Below are positions 1-11,556 of a stretch of 64,000 bases of DNA, in pieces. This DNA is from Mobula hypostoma (Eukaryota). Positions within the stretch are counted from its first letter, which is position 1. The number at the start of each line of letters is the position of its first letter. Below the pieces are notes generated by a model, which worked only from the letters and a program-made list of their open reading frames with translations, was not told the DNA's origin and did not search any database. The DNA is taken from contig NC_086109.1 of NCBI RefSeq assembly GCF_963921235.1, forward strand, positions 8,124,001 through 8,188,000, in the 5' to 3' direction. A program made the position numbers and the translations under genes.

Positions 1-164
1 GGAGTCTAGGAGTAGGGCATAGCCTCAGAATATAGGATGTCCATTTAGTTAATAAAATTTACACTTTGAACTTTATGACTGATGACCAGAAGAATTTTTT
101 CACAGTGTGCTTGAAAGTCCAGCAGTTTTGGCCTTGGGCAGTTGTTTAGACATTGAGGATCAGC

Positions 165-432
165 ATCACAGTGGTGTAATGGCTAGTGTGACATTAGTAC
201 AGTTCGGGGCATTCCAGAGTTGAGAGCTCAATTCTGCCATCGCCCATAAGCGGTTTCTCTGTTCTCCCCATGTGCTCGTTGGCTTCCACCCAGAGCCCAA
301 AGATGTACCGGTTAGTAGGTCAATTGGTAAGTTGTCCTGTGATTAGGCGAGGGTTAAATAAGGTGGGTTGCTGGGCAACGTGGCTCACTGTGCTGGAAGG
401 GCCTTTCCCACGCTGCATCTCTGAATATATAA
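165..432 (+). mobile_element. tRNA-derived V-SINE (HE1-like), degraded
   Basis: tRNA-like head, V-domain-like core (ttctccccatgtg...caaagatgtaccggttagtagg) and CR1-type tail (gaagggcct...gctgcatctct). Confidence 0.7.
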
Positions 433-638
433 ATCCATAAGGCTGAAACAGACTTTGGGCACAAGGAAACTGCAGGTTACTGGGATCAGTTCAGAGTGTA
501 GGCTTGAGGTACAGGACCAGCCGTCAACTTGATGGATGGAGAAGCAAGCTAGATGGGCCAGACGACCTGCGAATGGTCCTTCTGCCTTAATGCTGGACCA
601 GAACATCTGGAGAAGTTCATTTTTAATTCCTTATTTAG

Positions 639-1045
639 GAGGGCGGCATGGTACCGTGTCGCTGTTACAGTGCCGGCAACCTGAGTTCATTTCCCGCCTC
701 ACAAGAGGAGTTTTGCAGATGCTGGAAATTCAAGCAACACACATCACAGTTGCTGGTGAACGCAGCAGGCCAGGCAGCATCTCTAGGAAGAGGTACAGTC
801 GACGTTTCAACACACATCAAAGTTTCTGGTGAACGCAGCAGGCCAGGCAGCAACTTTGATGTGTGTTGCTCATTTCCCGCCTCTGTCAGTACGTTTTGCT
901 CACGACTGCCTGGGGGTTTCCTCCAGGTGCTCTGGTTTCCTCCCACGTTCCAAAGTTGTACAGGTTAGTAGGCTAATTAGTCACTTGGGCAGCAGGGGCT
1001 CTTTGGGCTAGAAGGGTTCGTTACTGTGCTGTATCTCTGAATATT
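639..1045 (+). mobile_element. V-SINE (HE1-like) interrupted by a Penelope-derived insert
   Basis: Head gggcggcatggt...gagttc, V-domain ggtttcctccaggtgctctggtttcctcccac and CR1-like tail, split at 701-869. Confidence 0.75.
701..869 (-). mobile_element. Rearranged Penelope-like pseudo-LTR fragment with 14-bp TSD
   Basis: TSD tcatttcccgcctc at 687-700 and 870-883. The insert is a pLTR cut at gtcgacgtttc (reverse of the hammerhead 3' half GAAACGTCGAC), plus a partial direct copy and a short inverted copy. Confidence 0.75.
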
Positions 1046-1211
1046 TATCTGTTCCTCACCCACAGCAGGAGCCAGAGTTGTTTTCTTATAATTATGCTGT
1101 CTTAGTAGTTGCAAGTAAATGGCGGGTGTGATGATTGAATTTTCGTCCCTTTAATTTTCTTTACAGAATTAGTGGACTCTCTATATTTAGATGCCACAGT
1201 AGTGTTGTGGT

Positions 1212-1447
1212 TTACTTATTTACTGCCTGTTACGCCATTGGCTGTTTCTCTAACAATTTTGATTGACCAGTCAATGTTGTTAGCCCTGAAACTGGAGGAC
1301 CGGTGGACCAGTCTTAGTCTGGGCTCTGCCCTTTGACCTGTTTGGCATGGGTGACCCTCCCAAGAGCCAAACCCCAAGGCCCTGACTCCAGCCAGCATAG
1401 CTCTCCAGGTCACTGAGGCACAGAAGCCTTCAAACCCTACGTCAGGG
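1212..1447 (-). mobile_element. Short bipartite non-autonomous RTE-type element (5' structured region joined to 3' tail)
   Basis: The minus strand carries an RTE-like 5' motif (GAGCTATGCTGG...GGGTCACCCATGCCAAACAGGTCAAAGGG...CAGACTAAG) joined directly to the tail gccaatggcgtaacaggcagtaaataagtaa. Confidence 0.55.
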
Positions 1448-1461
1448 ATGAGGTCCGCATG

Positions 1462-1745
1462 GAGGAGCGTAGTGATTGGTGCGACACCATTGTAGCTCAG
1501 AGCATTCTGAAGTTCTGAGTCCGATTTCGCTGTCGTTCTGAAAGGGGTCTCTGTAGAGTTGAGTTTTCCCCGGGCGTTCCAGTTTCCTCCAATAGTCCAA
1601 AGATGTACAGGGTAGGTTAATAGGTGGTTGTAAAGTTGTCCCGTGATTAGGTTAGGGTTGATTGGGGTTGTGAGGTTGCTGGGACGGCGTGACAGGAAGG
1701 GCAGGAAGGACCTACTCTGCACTGTATCGCTAAATAAAAATAAAT
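1462..1745 (+). mobile_element. V-SINE (HE1-like), degraded
   Basis: V-domain remnant (gtttcctccaatagtccaaagatgtac) followed by a CR1-like tail and an A-rich end. Confidence 0.65.
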
Positions 1746-1991
1746 CAATATTTAGTGCCTGTGAGTTGTCTTTTTCAGTTTAACTAAATTAAAGATTATG
1801 AAATGAAAGTAGCACATTAAATAGGTGGGTTGAGTTCAGCTTGAATCAAAATGGAAACTTGGCTCAAACTTTATACCAACCAAAGGAGGGGATAAAATTA
1901 TAATGGATGTGTGTGTAAACTTAAGACTGTAAGTGAAGTTAAAGCAGTGTTTAAGAGAAGAGCACTGAGAACCTGTAATTTTCCTGTCAAG

Positions 1992-2298
1992 CAGCGATCC
2001 CTCTAATTTTTTTTTACGGCTGTGCCGACCAACGAGTGCTCTGAGCAGGAAATTTTTACATGGCCTGACAACTGCGTGGCATGTTACATGTTATATACAG
2101 GCTATTAATATTTAGAATGAAAATTGAAAAGTCACTTTTTTAAAACTTATTTATTGAAGGGTATAATGAAATACAGTACAACAATGAAAATCTTTCAACT
2201 TTTTTTGCTGCGTCCGATTCTAGCTGCGTGGCAACAAAGGCTATGTGCGCAGGAGCATTTCTGTTACTGTGCAGCCGCACAACTAAGAGGGAATGGTG
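1992..2298. mobile_element. hAT-type non-autonomous DNA element (MITE), old
   Basis: Imperfect TIRs cagcgatccctctaa / taagagggaatggtg; flanks ctgtcaag / cattcaaa form a degenerate 8-bp TSD. Confidence 0.5.
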
Positions 2299-2383
2299 CA
2301 TTCAAACTTTACTGTGGTAAAATGGGACTGTTGGCCATTTTGTACTGTTTGGCCATTAATAATTATAATCAAGAGGAAAGACT

Positions 2384-5014
2384 GTACTTGATTTGGTATT
2401 GGGAAATGAACTTCGTCAGGTGTCAGATCTTTCAGTGGGAGAGCATTTTGGAGATAGTGATCATAGTTCTATCTTCTTTACAATAGCATTGGAGAGAGAT
2501 AGGAACAGACAAGTTAGAAAAGCGTTTAATTGGAGTAAGGGGAATTATGAGGCTATCAGGCAGGAAATTGGAAGCTTAAATTGGGAACATATGTTCTCAG
2601 GGAAAAGTACCGAAGAAATGTGGCAAATGTTCAGGGGATATTTGTGTGGATTTCTGCACAGGTACGTTCCAATGAGACAGGGAAGTTATGATAGGGTCCA
2701 GGAACTGTGGTGTACAAAGGCTGTAATACATCTAGTCAAGAAGAAAAGAAAAGCTTACAAAGGTTCAGAGAGCTAGGTAATGTTAGAGATCTAGAAGATT
2801 ATAAGGCTACCAGGAAGGAGCTGAAACAGGAAATTAGGAGAGCCAGAAGGGGCCATGAGAAGGACTTGGCGGGCAGGATTAAGGAAAACCCCAAGGCATT
2901 CTACAAGCATGTGAAGAGCAAGAGGATAAAGTAAAGGCATCCATTAGTCTTGTGAGACCATGGATCTGCGCCTGGAAAGTCTTCACCCTCCAGGGCGCAG
3001 GCCTGGGCAAGGTTGTATGAAGACCAGCCGTTGCCCATGCTGCAAGTCTCCCCTCTCCACGACACTGATGTTGTCCAAGGGAAGGGCATTAGGACCCATC
3101 CAGCTTGGCACCAGTGTCGCCGCAGAGCAGTGTGTGATTAAGTGCCTTGCTCAAGGATACAACACGCTGCCTCAGCTGGGGCTCGAACTCATGACCTTCA
3201 GATCGCTAGTCGAATGCCTTAACCACATGGCCACGTGCAAGAGGATAAGACGTGAAAGAATAGGACCTATCAAGTGTGACAGAGGGAAAGTGTGTATGAA
3301 ACCAGAGGAAATAGCAGAGATACTTAATGAATACTTCAGTATTCACTATAGAAAAGGATCTTGGTGATTGTAGTGATGATTTGCAGCGGACTGAAAAGCT
3401 TGAGCATGTAGATATAAAGAAAGAGGAAGTGCTGGAGCTTTTGGAAAGCATAAAGTTGGATAAGTTGCCGGGACCAGATGAGATGTACCCCAGGCTACTG
3501 TAGGAGACGAGGGAAGAGACTGCTGAGCCTCTGGCGATGATCTTTGAATCATCAATGGGGATGGGAGAGGTTCCGGAGGATTGGAGGGTTGTGGATGTTG
3601 TTCCTTTATTCAAGAAAGGGAGTAGAGTTAGCCCAGGAAATTATAGACCAGTGAGTCTTACTTCAGTGGTTGGTAAGTTGATGGAGAAGATTCTGAGAGG
3701 CAGGACTTATGAACATTTGGAGAGGCATAATATGATTAGGAATAGTCAGCATGGCTTTGTCAAAGGCAGGTCGTGCCTTTTGAGCCTGATTGAATTTTTT
3801 GAGGATGTGGCTAAACACACTGATGAAGGTAGAGCAGTAGATGTAGTGTATATGATTTCAGCAAGGCATTTGGTAAGGTACCCCATGCAAGGCTTATTGA
3901 GAAAGTAAGGAGGCATGGGATCCAAGGGGACATTGCTTTGTGGATCCAGAACTAGCTTGGCCACAGAAGGCAAAGAGTGGTTGTAGACAGGTCATTTTCT
4001 GCATGGAGGTCGGTGACCAGTGGTGTGGCTCATCCATCTGTTCTGGGACCCTTACTTTTCGTGACTTTTATAAATGACCTGGATGATGAAGTGGAGGGGT
4101 GGGTTAGTAAGTTTGCTGATGACACAAAGGTTGGAGGTGTTGTGGATAGTGTGGAGGGCTGCCAGAGGTTACAGCAGGACATTGATAGGATGCAAAACTG
4201 GGCTGAGAAGTGGCAGATGGAGTTCAACCGAGATAACTGTGAAGTGGTTCATTTTGGTACGTCAAATATGATGGCAGAATATAGTATTAATAGTATCTCT
4301 TGGCATTGTGGAGGATCAGAGGGATCTTGGGGACGTGTCCATAGGACGCTCAAAGCAGCTGCGCAGGTTGACTCTGTGGTTAAGAAGCATACGGTGTTTT
4401 GGCCTTCATTAATCGTGGAATTGAATTTAGGAGCCGAGAGGTAATGTTGCAGCTATATAGGACCCTGGTCAGACCCCACTTGGAGTACTGTGCTCAGTTC
4501 TGGTCGCCTCACTACAGGAAGGATGTGGAAGCCATAGAAAGGGTGCAGAGGAGATTTACAAGGATGTTGCCTGGATTGGGGAGCATGCCTTATGAAAACA
4601 GGTTGAGTGAACTCGGCCTTTTCTCCTTGGAGTGATGGAGGACGAGCGGTGACCTGATAGAAGTGTATAAGATGATGAGAGGCATTGATCGTGTGGATAG
4701 TCAGAGGCTTTTCCCAGGGCTGAAATGTTTGCCACAAGAGGACACAGGTTTAAGGTGCTGGGGAGTAGGTACAGAGGAGATGTCAGGGGTAAGTTTTTTA
4801 CACAGAGAGTGTTGAGTGCGTGGAATGGGCTGCCGGCAATGGTGGTGGAGGCGGATATGATAGGGTCTTTTAAGAGACTTTTGGATGCTTAGAAGAATAG
4901 AGGGCTATGGGTAAGCCTATTAATTTCTAAGGTAGGGACATGTTCGGCACAACTTTGTGGGCCGAAGGGCCTGTATTGTGCTGTAGGTTTTCTATGCTTC
5001 TATGTTTGTTTCTA
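2384..5014 (+). mobile_element. CR1-clade LINE (HER1-like), 5'-truncated and decayed
   Basis: ORF2 fragments include GDSDH (APE end), PGNYRPVSLTSVVGKLME, QHGFVKGRSC, SKFADDTK and RPHLEYCAQFWSP. The 3' end is gggccgaagggcctgt...(ttctatgt)n. There are multiple frameshifts. Confidence 0.92.
2930..3236 (-). mobile_element. tRNA-head CORE-like SINE (family A) inserted in CR1
   Basis: 12-bp TSD gcaagaggataa at 2918-2929 and 3237-3248. The minus strand has A box TGGCCATGTGG, B box GAGTTCGAGCC and a CORE-like tccttgagcaaggcacttaa. Confidence 0.85.
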
Positions 5015-5139
5015 TTATGAGATTTCTTGGCGATTTATATCTCACATCTAAACATTTAAGTGCAAAGTATGCTTGTGAGGTTGAAATGCAGCAAAGCATA
5101 GATTGCTGCTATCAAGTGATACAAAATGTGTGAGACAGA

Positions 5140-5655
5140 ACAGATAAGACCATGAGACACAGGACCAAAATCAGACCATTCGGCCTGTCAAATCTGCCCT
5201 GCCATTCCATCATGGCTGAATTACTATCCCTCTCAACCCCATTTTTCTCCTTTCCCCCGTAACCTTTGATACCCTTACTAATCAAGAACCCATCAGCCTC
5301 CACTTTAAATATACCCAGTGACTTGGCCTCCATGGCTGTCCATGGCAATGAATTCCATGGATTCACCACCCTCTGGCTAAAGAAATTCCTCCTCATCTCT
5401 TCTGTAGGGATGTCCTTGTATTGTGGTCCTAGACTGTATGGAATTTGTCTGTTCTCCCCGTCACTGTGTGCGTTTCCTCCGGGTGCTTCAGTTTCTTCCC
5501 ACAGTCCAAGATGTACCGGTTAGTAGGTTAATTGTTCAATGTAAGTTGTCCTGTGATTAGGCTAGGGTTATATCAGGGGACTGCTGGGAGACATGGCTTG
5601 ATTGAAGTGCCTATTCCATGATGCATCTCAATCAATAAGTAAGCAACTAAATAAA
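5140..5655. mobile_element. CR1 3' end (minus) abutting a 5'-truncated V-SINE (plus)
   Basis: The minus ORF RRNFFSQRVVNPWNSLP is a CR1 ORF2 C-terminus. A V-domain gcgtttcctccgggtgcttcagtttcttcccacagtccaa starts near 5440. Confidence 0.7.
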
Positions 5656-6063
5656 CATTTATTAGTAATCCTTAAAGAATGTTTGAATGTAGCATTAAGA
5701 GTAGAATAATTATAAGACCATATCTTAGGAGCAGAATTAAGCCACTCTGCCCGTCGATTTGCTCTGCCATTCCATCATGGCTGATGTATTATGCCTCTCA
5801 ACCCCATTCTCCTGCCTTCTCCCTGTAACCTTTAATGCCCCGACTAATCAAGAAGCTCGTCATTATAGATGACACTACAGGGTTGACCACATTGAGCTTG
5901 GAGCTGCATCTGAACCACACTGGGTGAGGACAGCGGATTTCCGTTGCCTGAAGGGGATTAAGTTAACCGGAGAGATTACTTTGCTGTTCACTGGACTAAG
6001 GGCACTGTTGATGATTGCTAACTTACTGCTGGTTACACCACTAGTGTTTAGAGTAGCAGTGAA

Positions 6064-6432
6064 CATCCTCCTTCTCTGATACTGTTCAGGACTTCTTTAT
6101 CATATCAGTAGCTTCCCCTTGGTTTTCACTACTGTCAGGTCCTGGGTGGAGTCTCAGGAATATCGTCGCACTCAGATGTAGAAGGATTCTTCATTGCTGT
6201 TTCTGTAACAATTTAGTTTGACCAGTCAGGGTTGTTAGCCCTGAGCTGAACCCCTGAACCTAGAGGACTGGTGGACTGCTCTTAGTCTGGCCTCTACCCT
6301 TTGACCTGTTTGGCACGGGTGATCCCACCAAGAGCCAAAGCATAAAGCCCTGACTCCAGCTGACATAGCTTTCCGGGTCATTGAGGGACGCATGCCTCCA
6401 AATCACGGCAAGGTTGTGGTCCTGTTGGAGGA
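6064..6432 (-). mobile_element. Non-autonomous RTE-type element carrying the 5' structured motif
   Basis: Homologous to 1255-1447. The minus strand begins ACAACCTTGCCGTGATTTGGAGGCATGCG...AAAGCTATGTCAG. Confidence 0.55.
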
Positions 6433-6599
6433 CTGTTGATGAAGCTTGCCTTTTATTCCAGATGCATTTGATTAAATTGATTCAAGTGATTTAAAATTCA
6501 TTATACGTAATTTGTGTCTCTTGGTCTTCCAAGTACAGCCTGCAAAGAGTCGACCCATTCCAAATCCTTCACACTCTTGGCTGCACTAATAAAGCCAAC

Positions 6600-7190
6600 A
6601 GGGAGCATTGCCCAGTGGCTACACATTTTAATTCTGCTTCCCAGTCACAATCTGACATGTCAGTCCATGGCTTCTTCTACTACCATGATGAGGCCTCTCT
6701 CAGGTTGAAGGAGCAGCACCTCATATTCTGTCTGGGTAGCCTCCAATCTGACAGCATGAATATTGATTTCTCCAACCTCCGGTAATTTCTCCCCATCCCC
6801 CTTCCCTCCTAACCCCCCTTCCCCATTCCTCTTACCCCTTCTCTCTGCAAGACTTCCCTCTGGTGTCCCTCCTTCCCTTTCTTCCACGGTTCAATCTCCT
6901 CTACTATCAGATTTCGACTTTCACAACCCTTTCCCTCTTCCACCTATCACCTCCTTTTCCACGGATGCTGCCCGACCTGCTGAGTTCCTCCAGCGTGTTG
7001 TGAGTGTAACTTCACATTTCATCTCCCCTACCCCACCCACACACCTTCTCCCTCACCTGGTCTCGCCTATAACCTGCCAGTTTGTACAGCTTTCCCTCCC
7101 GCCCCCCGCACTCCTTTCCGGTCCTGATGACGTTGACTGTTTATTCCTCTCCATAGATGTTGCCTGACCTGCTGAGTTCCTCTAGTGTGT
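6600..7190 (+). mobile_element. Penelope-like element 3' fragment (GIY-YIG C-terminus plus pseudo-LTR with deleted hammerhead)
   Basis: Encodes HFNS...DMSVHG...LRLKEQHLIFCLGSLQSDSMNIDFSN*. The pLTR motif gatgctgcc.gacctgctgagttcctccagc occurs twice; gtcCTGATGAcgttgac lacks stem II. Confidence 0.8.
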
Positions 7191-7489
7191 AACTGAGAAC
7201 TCACGATTTGTTTGTGATAATCACCAGTTTAGAAAGAGTGTTCTAGAAATAGAGGAGAATAGACATCTGAGAGCAATTGGCAAGAGGGTAACCTAATCTG
7301 CCAGTTCAGATAACTACATCGGCTGTAGGAATGAAGGTCAACTAACCGAGCGCCAAGTTAGCTCCGATCTTGATGCCACCTTCCTGAGGATTTTCTTTTG
7401 GGCGGACTTTTTAATGTACCCAATATCTGTCCAGAATTTTTAATACCTGGTAATAACCATGAAGAGTTTATATATACATTTTAGAGATA

Positions 7490-7862
7490 GAGTCATAGAA
7501 AAGTACAGTATAGAAACAGGCCTTTCGGCCCGTCCAGACTGTGCCAAACCATTAGACTGATAACTCCCGTCAACCTGCACCAGGACCGTAGCCCTCTGTG
7601 CCCCTACCGTCCAAGTACCTATCCAAACCTCTCTTAAACATCGAAATTGAGCTCGCATGCACCACTTGCGCTGGCAACTCGTTCACTCTCAACAACCCTC
7701 TGAAGAAGTTCCCCCTCATGTTCCCTTTAAACTTTTCACCTTTCATCTTTAACCCATGACCTCTAGTTGTAGTCCCACCCAAACTCAGTGGGAAAAAAAA
7801 CCTGCTTGCTTTGACCCTATCTGTACCCCTCGTAATTTTGTATACCTCTATCAAATCTCCCC
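7490..7862 (-). mobile_element. CR1 3' fragment
   Basis: Minus ORF RGDLIEVYKITRG...TRGHGLKMKGEKFKGNMRGNFF followed by the CR1 tail. Confidence 0.8.
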
Positions 7863-8182
7863 TTTTGCGCTGAACATCTTGTGCAGTGCCTGGAATGTAG
7901 GTATTGCTGGCTAAACCAGTTTTTATTCTTAACAAATTTTAAAACTATGTGATGCAGAATGTCCTCATCAATGATTTTGAAAGAAGTCAGGTTATTCCTG
8001 TTAGTTCAGTGGTTTATTGTTCATTTGCAATCTTACAGCAGAGTTCATGGGGTTGTGGAACACACTTTGGCTGCTTTGTGTGCAGTGGCACGAGTGCCCA
8101 CGGTTCTGTGAGCCTTCCCTGCTGGCCCTCATTTGCTGCACCTAGTTTCAGTTCCTGGCTTTGAAACGTGTCAATAGCTGTA

Positions 8183-8722
8183 AGATTAGATTATGAGGAC
8201 ATGCAGTCCTCTTTTATTGTCATTTAGTAATGCATGCATTAAGAAATGATACAATATTCCTCCGGTGTGATATCACAAAAACACAGGACAGACCAAGACT
8301 GAAAAACTAACAAAAACCACATAATTATAACATACAGTTACAACAGTGCAACAATACCACAACTTGATGAAGAACAGATCATGGCACAGTAAAAAAGTTC
8401 AAAGTCTCTTGAAAGTCCCACGTCTCACGCAGACGGGATAAGGAAGAAAACTCTCCCGACCTTGCCCGACCACAGTCCGACTCTGAGTTGTCTGAAAACT
8501 TCGAACTCCGATCAGCCCTCCGACACCGAGCACCGAGCACCATCTCTATCCGAATGCTTCGACCTCAGCCTCGGTCGCCAGCAGCAGGCAAAGCTGGGGA
8601 TTTTGGGGTCTTCCCTCCGGAGATTCTCGATCGCACAGTAGCAACGGCAGCAAACCGGCATCTCAGAAAATTTCTCCAGATGTTCCTCTGTGCCTTCTCA
8701 CGTCTGTCCCCATCAAATCAGA
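8183..8722 (-). mobile_element. Non-LTR retroposon 3' end with (ATCTA)n tail; same family as 15305-15805
   Basis: Closely homologous, in inverted orientation, to 15305-15805 (AATAAA-agaggactgcatgtcctc-taatctaatct). Class not identified. Confidence 0.65.
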
Positions 8723-9119
8723 ATTGTCCACATTCAGATCAGGGTTCTATTCCCACTGCTGTCTGTTTTCCCTGGGTTTCTTCTGGGTGTTCCCATTTCC
8801 TCCCACATTCCAAAGATGTACGGCTTAGGGTTAGTGGGTTGTAGACACGCTGTGTTGGCGCTGGAAGCATGGCGGCTCTCGCAGGCTGCCCCCAGCACAA
8901 TCCTCGATTTGATTTGACGAGACACAGTCGAGGCATTTCACTGCATGTGACGATGCACACACGACAAAGCTCGTCTTTCCGAAGATGCATGCTTAGTAGC
9001 TTTGTGAGCAGCCCGCAGAGCGTCAGTGTATATCACCTGCGCCTTCTTGAGAAAAAAAAAGTACTGAATCTGTACATAGGAAGGAAATTGAAAATCTGGC
9101 TGAGTGGTGCCACAGCAAC

Positions 9120-9968
9120 AACCTCTCACCCAATGTCAGCAAAACCAAAGAGTTGAGGTTTGGTTGGAGGTCCATAAACCAGTCCTCATTAGGGGATTGG
9201 AAGTGGAGAGGGTCAATAGTTTTAAGCTCTTTGGTGTTACCATATAGGAAGACCTGTCCAAGGCCCAGCATGTAAGTGTCATCACAGAGGAGGCATGACA
9301 GTGCCTCTAGTTCCTTAGAAGTTTGCATGGATTTGCCATGTCATCTAAAGCCTTGATGAACATCAATAGATGCACATTGGACCGTATCCTGACTGGTTGC
9401 ATCATAGCCTGGTATGGAAACACCAATGCCCAGGAATGGAGAAGGTTTCAAAAAAAGTGGTAGATACAGCCCAGTCCACCACGTGAAAATCCCTCCCCAC
9501 CATTGAGCACATCTTCAAGGAGCGCTGCCACAGGAAAGCAGGGTCCGTCATCAAGGGCCCCCACCATCCAAGACGTGCTTTCTTCTCGCTTCTGCCATCA
9601 GGAAGGAGGTACTGAAGCCTTAGATCCCACACCACCAGGTTCAGGAACAGTTATTACCCTACAAACATCAGGCTCTTGAACCAGTGTGGATAACTTTACT
9701 CACCACATCACTGAACTGATTCCACAACCTACAGACTCACTTTCGAGGATTCTACAACTCATGTTCTCAGTATTATTTATTTACTTTTTAAATTAATTGC
9801 ACAATTTATCATCTTTTGCACATTGGCCGTCTATCAGTCTTTATGTATAAGTTCTTCATAAATTCTGTTGTATTTATTTTCCTATAATTGCCTGCATGAA
9901 AATGAATCTTAACATTGCATATGTTAAGATTCGTACTTTGATAATAAATTTACTTCTGAACTTTGAAC
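9120..9968 (+). mobile_element. Rex1/Babar-clade LINE 3' fragment, decayed
   Basis: Degenerate ORF2 C-terminus (ILTGCIIAWYGN, LLPSGRRY) and tail gataataaatttacttctgaactttgaac. Confidence 0.7.
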
Positions 9969-11199
9969 TCCATTCTTCCTTTTTTCCTTCCTGCCCTAAC
10001 TCATCATTTGGTAAGAAAAAAAAATTTGGAAAAAAGGATGTTGACTTTTAGTTAGAGTTATTTCAACATCTCCAGGGTCTAATGCCCCAAATTAGTTCCT
10101 TGGGCATTGAAGAGCAGCATAATTGTTAATGAAGGCTGACACTTTACATTGAATCCTTCACTCGAAAGTAGAAGTGGGGTTATTGTGTGATAATTAGTAC
10201 TATTTTAAAAATTGAGCTTCAGGGTATTGCTAATATATGACTAAGAGCTTAAAGAATTGTCACAATTTAAGAGAACTCCAGTCATGGAAGAATCCAGCAC
10301 AGACTTGGTCACTTCTGGGTCTTTTGCCACTCCTTGACCCGGCTGGATATTCCTGTACCTCAGTAGATGTGACACTATTTCAATTCCAAGCAACCATTAT
10401 TCCAATTCCAACAAACATTTTAACCAGAGAAGGGAAAAAAAGACTGTCAGCTGATCTTGACCTCATAAATGATCACGATGTGATTTAGCTGGACAAAAAC
10501 AAGCTGCCCTCTCGTGAGCCAAGTCTGCAGAATGAAGATGCAAAACCCAAAACGTCAACTGCCCATTCCCCTGCTTAGATGCTTCCCCACTTGCTGAGTT
10601 CCTCCAGAATTTAGTGCACGTTGCTCCAAGTCTGTGGAGCTTTATTGCATTTGGCTGGGGACGGGAAACGGAGAGAGATTTCAACATGCGTGTTTGTGTT
10701 AAAATATGCAGCTCTGTCCTTGGGGGCTTCCAGAAAAGAAGAAAATGCAATCAATTGTCTTGTTGCTTTTAATATTAAAATTGAGAGCCTGGTTGACTGG
10801 AATAATTGACTTTGAGGATTTCATTGTATTCGGGAGACTGAACAAATATTAAATTTAGAATTCAGAATCAGGTTTAATATCACTGGCATCTATCATGATA
10901 CTTGTTTTGTGGGAGCAATATAGTGAAATACATAATAAACTATAAATTGCAATAAGAAAACACTATATATTAAAATTAAATTAAGTAAGTAGTGCAAAAA
11001 GAGAGCAAAAAGAAAAAAAAATGAAATTGATGCCTTCACTCGCATTTCAGCTGTTACGTTAATTCATTTTCTCCTCTTTTATTTCTTCCTTTCCTCTTGC
11101 AACTGGGCACAGTGATCAAACAGTTAAATTAGTATCAGATCAAAGAGAATGAAAGTCATTAATTCCTTGTGTGGTTGATCTGTGAGGGGTGTTGTTGGT

Positions 11200-11556
11200 A
11201 ACGGCAGTGCGATCACTCAAGTCGAGAAGTACGATGTCCTCCTACGGGGTTATTCCCTCAATGGAGGAACACTGGTGAGTGAATTTGGCTAGTGTGGTCC
11301 TTGACAGCTCAAGATCAGGGACTGGTGGTATGGCATCCAAAACGGCTGGGGACTTTTCAATTCTGCAGCCTTCCTGTGACGTCACTGCCACTGTGATGTG
11401 CCATCATCTTCCACCAACCCCAGCATTGAGGTCCTGGTTGGATTGGTAGACCCCCGCACCCCTTTGACCTTACCACCATGGTTGAACCTACCCAGAGCTA
11501 AAGCATCGCTGTTGGGATCTCAGGAAACCACAAACCTCCCCACCGTGACAAGGTGA
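11200..11556 (-). mobile_element. Old non-autonomous RTE-type element with the same class of 5' motif
   Basis: The minus strand starts CACCTTGTCACGGTGGGGAGGTTTGTGG...GGGTAGGTTCAACCATGG...AGGTCAAAGGG. Confidence 0.4.

Noticed and set aside
3165..3236. tRNA gene-like sequences (also near 15230-15300 and 17405-17476)
   Set aside because: They are SINE heads with A/B boxes followed by SINE bodies, two of them with clear TSDs; I see no convincing full cloverleaf.
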